A stretch of 64,000 nucleotides of DNA from Callorhinchus milii (taxonomy: Eukaryota), in the NCBI RefSeq assembly GCF_018977255.1, contig NW_024704742.1:97838001-97902000 (forward strand). The letters are read 5' to 3'. This document shows positions 53,581 through 64,000 of this stretch, piece after piece (the first letter of the stretch is position 1; every line of letters begins with the position of its first letter). The notes beneath the pieces were generated by a model, which was not told the DNA's origin, searched no databases, and saw only the letters and a program-made list of their open reading frames with translations. The position numbers and the translations under genes are program-made.

Positions 53581-55384
53581 AAAGTACTGTATTGGATACA
53601 ATATTGCCTTTGGAGACAGTTACTGCCATCTCCTGAAGTGGCTCTTTAATCATACTTTCTGAGGCAACAGCACCAGGAATGGAAAAGTACATTGTGCCCC
53701 ATGTTCTCTCCGGGTGCATTGACCATTGAAACTTTCTGGCAAAGGATTCAGGCCGCATTGCGGTTTTGGCACTGCAAGTCTGCGTGGAGTTTCTCCAAAA
53801 GTTTGGGGTAGTTTCTTTTTAAAAATACAGGGTGAATCTCACTAAAATGTTCTTTATCAGGAATGTTTTATGAAACATCACAATGTTCACCCCAGTGTTG
53901 CGTGTCACGACCTCTGCCTTGGATTCTGCCCCACACACAGGGCAGAGCACAGGTGGCAGCAGCCTTAGGCTACTGCAGAACCAGTTCTATGCAACTGCGA
54001 TAGTTTGTGTTATCAACAGAGAGCCATCAAATGGCTGAAAAATACTTTATAAGGTAAATAAGGACAAATTATTTCCATTGGCTAAAAGCTAGAGGTATGA
54101 AATTAAGGTTTTTATCATAAAGAAAAGGATAGCAGAATGCTTTTACACTGAGGGTTATTAGGATATAAAATTCTCTACCAAAATCTTGGTTGAAGTAGAA
54201 TCTATCATATATTTTAAAAGGGAATTAGATAAACATTTAAAAAATAAAAAATAATAATCCTTGCATTTGATACAGTGTTTTATCACGTTGTTGAAACTCC
54301 TCAAAGAGCTTCACAGGATTTTACTGTAAAGCCTACAGTAAAGTGACTGTTATTTGTAGGCAAATGCTTAGACCAATTTTTGTACAGCAATGTCCCACAA
54401 ACAGCCACAAAGTGAATGACTAGTTTTATTCTGGAGGACTATTTTCCAGGACACGTTCAGAAACTCCCCTCTCTTTTCGAACAGTGCTCCTTGACATTGA
54501 CCAGCAGACGGGACTTGAACTTCTCATCTGACAATAATGAAGCATTACTGCAGCACTGTTTTAGAGTATCTGCCTTCCTGGACTATTAGCTCAAAGTACA
54601 GATAAAATTATATGGGAAAAGAGTGGGACTAAATGGATAGCTGTTTCAACGAGCTGGCATGGCACTGTGATAATAATAATCGTTTGATTTGATGTAGTGA
54701 AAAAGCTCTATATAAATGTAACTTGTGCCTATAATTTTGAAATGTGCCAAGCACTTCACAGGGAATTGTTGTCAAATGTATTGATTGTATATTTGTAGGC
54801 AAAAGTGGCAGCCAATTTGTGTACAGCCATATCCCACTAAAAGATATAAAGTAAATTACATAAACATATATATAGGAATGTTGGTTATGGAGTTGGGAGA
54901 ACCTACTGATGGGCTAACTGGCTTCCTTTAGTTCAATTCTATGGTTCTATGCAAATGTTATGTTTGAGAGAGAGAGTTGTCTGAACCATTGAATCACAAT
55001 GGAGTTAACTCTTCTGTTATTCTCTTGCAGAGCACTCACATTCTACCAGTGAATTGGTATTTGTTGAAAAATGTGCTTTTGATTAGAATTCTACTTGGTT
55101 CAGTTGTTCTATAATGGGAGTGACATGGGAACAGTACGTATTTATAACCGTTAAGCTGGAATGTGTTTCAAGGCTGTAACACAATCACAAGGGTTGGGTC
55201 ATGTTCATTATTAGCTTCAAGAATAAAGGCTGAATAGTTTGTGTAGCCATCAGATCTCCTGAGGCTGTGTTACAGCAGGTAACTTGCATCAGCCCTTACT
55301 GTTATTTACAGTACATATATCGGCAACACACATCTCTTCCTTGTACACCTGGTAAGATTTCTGTCCATTGCCAATGCCACCTGT

Positions 55385-55980
55385 ATTGGTTTTGGTCAGC
55401 TGGGTTTCTGATACATGTGGGAACCCATTACCATGTTTAAGTGTACCCAAATCAGACTGAGAGTTCCAGATATGTGGAAAAGAAGTAAGGATTTTTTATA
55501 TCACCTACGTATGGAATTTTTCTGTATCTGCAATGGAATGTGCACTCTCTCCCTGGACGAACTCACCCTGCTTACCTAATTCCAAAGATTATTAGATGCA
55601 GTTGGCAAGAGCAAAGGCTTGGGGACCACAGAGTATGTGTAGTGATACTGCTGAAGTTTAACCAGCTAAAATTGCATAGCATGCCTGCATTGAGAATACT
55701 ATTTGACAAGCTTCCAGCTAAGACTATCCTACTGATTAGGGCTTCTGCTTGCAGTCTTAACAGGAATCTTTTATTACAGTCTGTCCCCCATAGTCCTACT
55801 TATGAGTCAGGCTGGTTGTGCTGTCCCCAGCAGCAGCCTGGACTACTGCGGACCTGCCTGCCTTAGGAATTGAACTACTGAGAACCACCACAGAGAATTG
55901 ATTCAATTCCAACATTCTGTTGCCAAGCACATGACTCCAAGGAGTTCCCACTTACCTCCCAACACAAAGAGGATAGTCAA
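55385..55980 (+). repeat. Unclassified interspersed repeat, about 600 bp. Other copies at 1995-2170, 21770-22240 and 51025-52085 (interrupted), with minus partials at 6805-6885 and 14805-14910
   Basis: Shared blocks TTGGTCAGCTGGGTTTCTGA.ACATG, GTATCCAAA.CAGACTGAGAGTTCC, CACTCTCTCCCTGGAGGGAC.CATCCTGCTTACCTAATTC and GGGGACCCCAGAGTG. Confidence 0.8.
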
Positions 55981-57384
55981 TCTTTTGTATGCCACATGTA
56001 GCTCGACTCAATTGGTAGTAATCTCTACTTTGGAGGCTGTAGGTTGAAGCTACAGAACAGAATCTGACAGTCGAGGCTGATACCACAGTACAATACTGGG
56101 GGAGCTCCACATTGTTGTAGGTGCCATCTATGGATAAAATATTAAGTTGAATTAAATCCCATCTGCTTGTTCAGGTAGATGTTAATGATCTCATGATACT
56201 CTTTGAAAAGAAAGTTATTTCTGTGGCCAATAATCCTCCTGATTAATTGGCCATTCGCTTTATTGTTCATTGTAGGACATCAACAAAGAAGTGAATGTGT
56301 ACAAATACATAGTCATTAGTGTTCACAGAAACTTTCTGAAGCCCTTTGAGTCTGTCTTGATAATACGGGTGCTATGTAGAATCTTAAGGATTACGAATAT
56401 TATTTTTGCAGACCTGATGCGATTAGGCAAAACTTGGTATGAGATTTTTGGTCACCAATGAGCCACAAATCTTCATTGCATTGCCTGTAATATAACAATG
56501 ATAAACTGCAACTTTAATGGCCGAGTGGGTAACAGCACGACCCAATGCAATACTAGGCTATACAAAGGAGACAATTGAACATGCAAGTCTTGGTCAATGC
56601 CAAGTTAACTGATTTCAGCCATTGCAATGTTTGAGGTGCCATAATTGACCTTGGTGCAGTGGGTTAGGGAGAGGAAAACAGTCTGGATTATATATAAGGT
56701 TATATTAGGACAATATCATACTCAGCTGTGATGACCCCTTCTCACCAGGGACAAATAGGCACAAGCTTCACCCCTCGAGTCTTCCAGCCCTGAGGTCCTA
56801 GTCATTGCCTCATTATTATAGACAAGACCTTTGTTAAACATCTCATTTGAAGGATGCACCTCCAGCACTGTATTGGAGTGTCACAGATAGGTAACAGATT
56901 TCTGTTCAGGGAGCTCTTATTCATGCATTCCTGCAAATAGTGACATGGGTAATTCTAACTGTATAAAATAAGTGGAAGCTATTTATAGTTAAAATCAAAC
57001 AGCGAAGTTCTGTTTATAAAGAATCCAGTCTCATGTCCTGAGCACTCAGAAAGTAACCATGAGAGAATGATAGTCCTGTTCTAATGAAATTACTACCCAC
57101 TCACAATGGAAACCAGAATCTTAAAGTCTCTTCTTTATCCCATAAGGAGCCAAGAAACATGCCTGCCTGGCAGTGCTTCATTGATCAATGGAAATCAGTG
57201 CAACCTAATCCTAAAGCACATTGATTCTCTCCATTGTATTTTGTAAGTGTCAATTCCAGTTAGGTACAGGAAAGAGTCTGCCTTAGGAATATGATTTCTT
57301 TTTTTCAAAAAAATCTAATTTATATCAGGTTTCAAGATTTTTCAGAAGCAGTAAATGAAGCAGCTCTGAATCTGAGAGTCTAAT

Positions 57385-57600
57385 TCATCAATAATAATCC
57401 CTCAAGAAAAAAAAACATAATACAATTGGTCACTTCAATCCACAACTGTATGTGGGACACTGCTGTGTGCAATTCGTTGCCATGTTTCGCCCACAAATAT
57501 ACAGTCAATTGACTTTACAGTATATTCTGTGAAGCACTTTGAGACATCTAGAAGACGTGAAAAGTGCTATATCAAATGCAAGGATTATTATTATTGTTGT
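57385..57600 (+). mobile_element. SINE 3' half
   Basis: Core and tail of the same family. Confidence 0.8.
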
Positions 57601-58234
57601 TTGATGCAGACCTTCAAGTCGTGCTCACTGTTTGCTTATTTCTCCTTTCCAGAGAAAGTCTAACTCCTTGCAATGGTAACATTTTTGCAGGAAACAAGAT
57701 TTCCCTGAAGCTGGATTGCACCTATCGGATACTTACTATGGACCTAAAATGACAAGTGTATGCTAGGCTCCCCATAACTCTGCATTGTCTGCTGCTTGAA
57801 GACATAATAATGATAACCCTGACATTCAATATAGTGCCTTATCATATCATTGAAATGTCTCAAAGTGCCTCATAGGATTTATTTTAAAGATTGTGTTTGT
57901 AGGTGCACATACCACCTTTGGAGAGTGAGGGTAGGACAGGTGAACTGCTTCTGGTCTGGTGGCCCCTTGTTGATTCTTCTCTATTGGACATTCTTGTTTG
58001 TCAATTTGCCTTGTAATGTAAGGAGGGACAAATTATATTGATCAATAAACACATGAGCTCTTAATAATAGGGTCACATAAACCTTTCCTGCAAGGACATT
58101 CCTCTCTCACTCTTTCTTTCTGCTTCAGTACGATTGATTCCCATTCTTATTGTTCACCTACAAAATACGGTCTCTACACTTTACTTAAATCCTGTGAAGA
58201 GCTTTCAGACATCTTGACGATGTGATAAGTTGCT

Positions 58235-58655
58235 ACAACAACAACAAAATGACATTTGTGTAGCGCCTTTCACGTTGGGAGGACGTCCAAAGGTGCTGTA
58301 TGATCAGTGTTTCGGACCCGAGCTAGGGGTCGGGATAGGGGAGGGTGGAGTGCAGGGGGGAAGAAGGATGATCAAAGGCACGGTCGAGGAGAGTCTTGAG
58401 ATGGGTCTTGAAGGAGGCAAGGGAGGGGGGCGAGGCAGAGGGACTTTGGGATGGAGTTCCAGAGAGTAGGGACAAAGTGGCTGAAGGCCCACCCGCCAAT
58501 GGTGGGGTGGGCGAGGCGGGTGACATAAAGCAGGCAGAGGGAGTGGGCAGGTTGGTAGGGGACTAGGAGGTCACAGAGGTAAGGGGGAGCAAGGCCATGA
58601 AGGGCTTTGAAGGTGAGGACCAGGATCTTGAACTGTATCCTCTGTGTGATGGGAG
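58235..58655 (-). mobile_element. L2 LINE 3' fragment
   Basis: Same family as 157-712 and 62722-63830. Confidence 0.85.
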
Positions 58656-58764
58656 CTATAACAAGTATCTAATTGTTGGTGGAGCTCTTGCCATATCTAA
58701 CACACAGACAGCTTGACACATTATAGTCACATCTTCCCAAGCCAACAACAACAACTTGCTATAA

Positions 58765-58902
58765 TCAAAACGGGAAATACTGCAAATGCTGGAAATCTGA
58801 AACAAAAACAGAAGTTGCTGGGAACACTCAGCAGGTCAGGCAGTGTCTATGGAGAAAGGACAGTAAGTCAACGTTTCAGGTTCACGACCCTTCGTCAGAA
58901 CT
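58765..58902 (-). mobile_element. Penelope-like repeat end containing a hammerhead-like motif
   Basis: AAATGCTGGAAATCTGAAACAAAAACAGAAGTTGCTGGGAACACTCAGCAGGTCAGGCAGTGTCTATGGAGAAAG is partly shared with 21388-21430. It adjoins a CUGACGA...GAAAC motif on the minus strand. Confidence 0.6.
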
Positions 58903-61334
58903 AAATTATTATTAATTTATTTATTTTGAAGGGATTGATACCACGGAAAGTGATCCCCCAATTGACTAACGATCGGGTTCCTACTTACTGCTAAGTAAAC
59001 TGAAATGCTTTACACTGTCCAGCGCCTCGAGACGTCCTCCCAACATGAAAGGCGCTATACAAATGTAATCTTGCTGTTGTTGTGTTGCTGTAAACAGAGG
59101 CAAGATGGGGGCAAACAGCAGCCATCCGTGTGGTAAATTTTTATGCTTCTAAATATTTTACATTTTTTTACATTTTTCATTAATTCTGCCGATGCCTGGG
59201 AGCTATAATACTTTTCTTTGTCATTCTACACCAGCTCTTTGCAGCAAGTGAAAGCACTGTATGTCGGAGGCCAACTTTGATGAATGCCCTTTCCCCCTCC
59301 CATGATCTAGTGGGTAAACGTAGAAGAGTACAAGAACATAAAGACCAGACGTTACTGGTTTTGATGTTGCATTCATAGGTTTGAGCTGGAGTATCAGTTG
59401 GAAGGCTACTCAGGATTCTGGATTAGGAAGGGAAAATCAGCCAGAGTTTCAATGCCGATTGCTCTTCAGAGACCTCTGCTGGAAGATGTAGATGTCATTA
59501 GAGGCGAAGTTTAGCTGTGATACCCCCTCCTCTGTGGTCAAAGAGACTACATACACTCCCTGTCAAGGCTCACGCATAAATAATAGTGTGTTGGGCAAAG
59601 TACCAAATGACATCTGGCATCTATAGAACCATACCTCAGTGGAGAGGAAAAGAATCATATGCCATCAGGAGGGGAGGAGCAGAGAAATTTGGTGCAGGAA
59701 AACAACTGTTTGATGTTGCTCATTACCTCTTACTTCCAGCTCACCCGGGGTTTACACTGTCAGTTTGATGTCAACTTCAGCAGTGACAAGTTGATCATAG
59801 AACTAGGGCACTGACAAGAAAAGTATTTTAAGTAGAAGGTGAAGGCAAAAGGGAGGTGAGGAAAGGAGACAATCTCGTGGGTGGGAGCCGAATCGGAGAC
59901 AGTTCACTAAGACAGTCCGAGATAACTGTACTTCTCTTAAAATGCTTTCTGTGGATGCTGAAACTGATAACTAGTACACTCAGGGCATTGATGCAAACTT
60001 GCCATTTCACATGATAGCTAATGCTATCAAATGTTAGATCCCATATGAACTGATTTTAACTCTCCAACCTGCTATTTTTAGTGCCTTTAGTATTCACCTA
60101 CACCAGAACTTAGTAATAATAAATAATAATCCTTGGATTTGATGTAGCACCTCATCACGTCTTCGAGACATCTCAAAGCACTCCACAGAATATACTATAA
60201 AGTGAATGGATTGTATATTTTTAATAAACTTATAAACTTGCATTTATATAGTGCCCTTCACGTAGTACAACATCTTGGAGTTCTTCACAATGATGGGGTC
60301 GGATGTCGAGCAAAGGAGAAGGAAGAGAGGGAGGAGGGATGGGGGAGGTTACAATAGGTATGGTTGAAGAGGTGGTTACTTTGAGTAAAAATCTCTCTTT
60401 GTGCAAATCAAAAAAATTCAATGCAAATGTTTTTGAGATTCCGCCTTTCTGCTAAAATCAGTTTAAAACTTAATAATCAAATGTTTTAAAAGAAATGAGT
60501 GAGGTACTAATATAGAGGGATCAAATCATTGAATATTACACAACTTCAGTTATCTCCAGATGGAGCGTAGGGATGGTGGGTTCACTTTTCATATCATGCA
60601 GTCACAAAGCATAGCAGAGTAACAACTATAAAACCTCTGCAGTGTAGTGTGGAATGGAGCTGCAATTCAGGGCCCCTGTGAGGTCTATTCATTAAAGATA
60701 AACAAAAGGTTAATTCTCTTCCACAGCCCCTTTATTGGGCATGAAGGGAATCTCAGTTCCTATAAAAGCCAGCACCACTAAGCCACTATGAGAGTAATTG
60801 TCCCTTTTATGCTGCTGGGAGTAAATTAGTTGATGCAGGTTATTCTGACCCCCTTCAGTAAGCCTTGTCAATTTCTTCCTGTGTGCCTAGAAATTACTGC
60901 AAAGTAATGTTATCTCATAAATTTGCAATGTTTTTAATAATAAATTTCACAAGTCAAATTACAGATATTTTTAGGAAAGCCAGGACAAATCCACTTCACC
61001 TGGAATGCATGGAACAGCAGAAAGTCCAGTGATCCTGACGAGGCCAAAATTCTCATCGCAATAGATGGACTCTGCAAGACTTGAACTAGTCTTTCTGCTG
61101 CCTCAAAAGCATTTGACGAGCTCCTTTCACCAGCACAACATGTTTTTTTCAGATTGGAATAAAATGCAACTAGGTAAGCAGGTTCGAATCCCAGTCTGTG
61201 CTAAATTAGTTGATCTCACCCAGTGCATCAATAGGGCCACACAATTGGCTTCAATGGTTGTGGGCTGGAGATAGGAAAGTTCAGCTAGGTTTCCCATTCC
61301 TGATCTTTCTCTCTCTCCGTTTCTACCCTCAACT

Positions 61335-61850
61335 TCAGGACCACTGCTGTCCTGACAAAGTGGCTGTCAGACATCAAATCCTGGATGAGAGCCAATTTTC
61401 TCCAGTTGTATGTTGACAAGACTGAGGCCTTCCTGCTTGGCTCCCATCAGCTGAAACCTCAGGCTCTGACAGCATCACTATTCATGGATGCACTCTTCAC
61501 CTCACTGAGCCAGTGTGGAACCTTGATGTCTTGTTTAACTCTCAACTGTCTTTTAAACCCCACAGCCATGCCCTGTCCTGTTCTGTTTTCCCCCACCTCT
61601 GCAACATTGGCCACATCTGCCACTATTTCACCCCTCAGGTTGCCAAAACCTTTATCCATTACATCCAAGCTTTACTACACCAACACACTTCTTGCGGACT
61701 TCCCAACTCTTCCCTCCACACGCTGCAGATTATTCAGAACTCTGTAGCTCATGTCCTCTCCCACATTAAGCTCCATAAGCCGATCATTCCGTTCTTCACC
61801 CAGCTTCACTGGCTCCCAGAGGATCGACTTCAAGATCCTGGTCCTCATTA
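61335..61850 (+). mobile_element. L2 LINE ORF2 fragment
   Basis: Decayed WMRANFLQL.VDKTE, QIIQNSVAHVL and QLHWLP motifs. Confidence 0.85.
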
Positions 61851-62721
61851 CACTTTAGCTGCAATTTGTTGAGAAGAATGAGAGAAATGTATGATTCTTC
61901 TTTACGGTGGTACTGGTCAATACAGTTGCATTTCCGCAGCACTCCCTTATACAATGCCAAATCTTTTTAAAGCATGACCTATGTCATGCCATTTAGTGGA
62001 ATTTTTGTTATCGTGGCATGGTGCAATGTTTGTCATTGTACATGACTTCCAAGTTCTGTCACAGGAAGCCACGATAAAAACTCACTAGTTGAAAGCACTT
62101 TGTGTGCCAGAGATCTGTTAAAGATTGCATTGGCGTTAATATTTTGCTCAGCTGTAAAGGAAAAATAAATGTTTTTTTCCTCTGGACTGAGAGCCCCTGC
62201 CATAACTATTTAAAGACGGACAAAGACGGTCTCTAGGACAACACGCTTGTACACAAAAGAATTGTGATGTTGCGTTTGCTAAATGTTTTGCTTCACGGAA
62301 TAGTCAAGCACATTTCGATTGAACAATGAAAGTGGAAAGTTGGCTGACAGAAGCACGCTCGAATTATGCTACCTGATGGTGAAATTTTCCCTGGTGCTCA
62401 ATTTAATATTCAAGAGGAATAAAATTCCATTATTAAACTTTGAGATGTTGGCAATGCACATCAATGGGAACAATATATCATCAATATGCTCTAAAAATGT
62501 ATTAAAATGAACACGTGATATTTCTTTCCTTTATTCAAGGACTATAAAACGTCTGAGGCCCCAAATTTCATCTGGTCTTAGCCTGCAGCACTAGTTTGAA
62601 TAAAAATTTAAGATTGCACAGAAATACAAAAAATATTTAAATTAGGCTTAATTTGGAAGTTGATTTTTTTTTACGAACTAGCCAAAAACTGGCTTCCATA
62701 ATAATCAATCAAACCAATCAA

Positions 62722-63830
62722 ACTACATTTGTATAGCACCTTTCATGTCGGAGGACGTCCCTAGGTGCTGGACAGTCAGTGTTTCAGACCCAAGCTGGGG
62801 ATCGGGATTGGAGAGGGTGGAAGGAGGTTGACCAAAGACATGGTTGAAGAGGATGGGCTTGAGATGAGCCTTGAAGGAGGCAAGGGAAGGGGTGAGATGG
62901 AGGGACTGTGGGATGGAGTTCCAGAGGGTGGGGGCAGAGTGGTTGAAGAGGCAGGGGACGTGAAGCAGGCCAGAGCCCTCTGAGCAGAGGGAACGGGCAG
63001 GTTGGTAGGGGGTTAGGAGGTCACAGAAGTAGGGGGGAGCAAGTGAGGACCAGAATCTTGAACTGTATCCTCTGTGTGACAGGAAATCAGTGGAGTCGGG
63101 TGAGGATAAGGGTGATAGGGTCACGGAGCCTGATGCGAGAGAGGACACGGGCTGCAGAGTCCTTGATTATCTGCTGCCTATGGAGGGAGGAGTTGGGGAG
63201 ACTGACAAGCAGGGAGTTTGTGTAGTCGAGCCTGGATGTTATAAATGCACATATGAGGGTCTCAGCGGCCTGTGGAGTGAGACAGTGGCGGAGCCGGGCA
63301 ATGTTACAGAAGTGGGGAAAGGCGGAGTGGGTCATAGAATTGATGTGGGGTATGAAGGACAGTTGAGGGTCAAACAGGAGATGTAGAATGCATTCATGGA
63401 GCGAGATGCTGTCAGTGTCCGTGGTATGGAGGCGCTGACCTGAGCCAAGCAAGAGGGCCTCGGTTTTGTTGATGTTCAACTGCAGGAAGTGAGCGCTCAT
63501 CCAGGAATTGATGCCCGACAGGCAGTCTGTGAGGTGGAATTGAGGGTGGAGGCAGAGAGGTAGAGTTGGGTGTCATCTGCATACATGTGGAAGTTGACCC
63601 CATGTCTGCAGATGATGTTACCAAGGGGGAGCAGATAGATATTGAAAAGGAGAGGGACAAGGACAGAGCCCTGAGGGATGTTGCACGTGTCAGTGCGGGG
63701 GCTGGAGAAGAAGCCGTTAGTGGCGGCAAAGTGGAGAGGGTGGGCGAGGTAGGACTCGAACCAGGCAAGGGCAGGACCGTGAATGTTGAGCTGATAAAAG
63801 AGGCGATGTAGGACGATGGCATGGTCGACA
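62722..63830 (-). mobile_element. L2-clade LINE, 5'-truncated (RT C-terminal part and 3'UTR)
   Basis: Frameshifted ORF2 pieces IPQGSVLVPLLFNIYLLPLG...HMYADDTQLY, FLQLNINKTE and AFITSRLDYTNSLL. 3' tail GGACGTCCTCCGACATGAAAGGTGCTATACAAATG. Confidence 0.93.
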
Positions 63831-64000
63831 GAAGGATAAATTGAAGAATTTTTCACAATTCTGCACCAACTTAAATTAGTTTAACAGACTAAGAATAAAT
63901 GATGTTTCAGGCCTATTAATTATCCTAAGATCATAAGAGGGGTTCAAATGAAAAAGCTCTTTGGTCCATTCACATCTTCAAGACTGAGGTGGGTTAGCTA

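Overview
Repeat-rich vertebrate genomic DNA. The repeat content (CR1 and L2 LINE fragments, Deu-domain tRNA-SINEs, Penelope-like ends) suggests a cartilaginous fish; this is an inference. The only intact protein-coding gene I can support is the 5' end of PCSK5 (proprotein convertase PC5/6) on the minus strand: coding exon 1 at 34501-34686 and exon 2 at 17154-17258, with canonical phase-0 splice sites. I did not find exon 3, which probably lies left of the window. Intron 1 holds a decayed, frameshifted copy of a Scratch (SCRT1-like) zinc-finger array. The rest is intron or upstream intergenic DNA filled with retroelement fragments, often nested, and simple repeats. The most notable extra signals are a minimal type I hammerhead-ribozyme-like motif in a Penelope-like repeat (58866-58902, minus; degenerate inverted pair at 21432-21504), a fold-back plus inverted duplication at an L2 5' junction (50035-50902), a SINE subfamily whose 3' tail exactly matches a local L2 tail, and a 33-bp direct repeat bracketing PCSK5 exon 2. 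Almost all ORFs in the supplied track are spurious. Repeat boundaries are approximate and family names come from remembered consensus sequences, not a database search.
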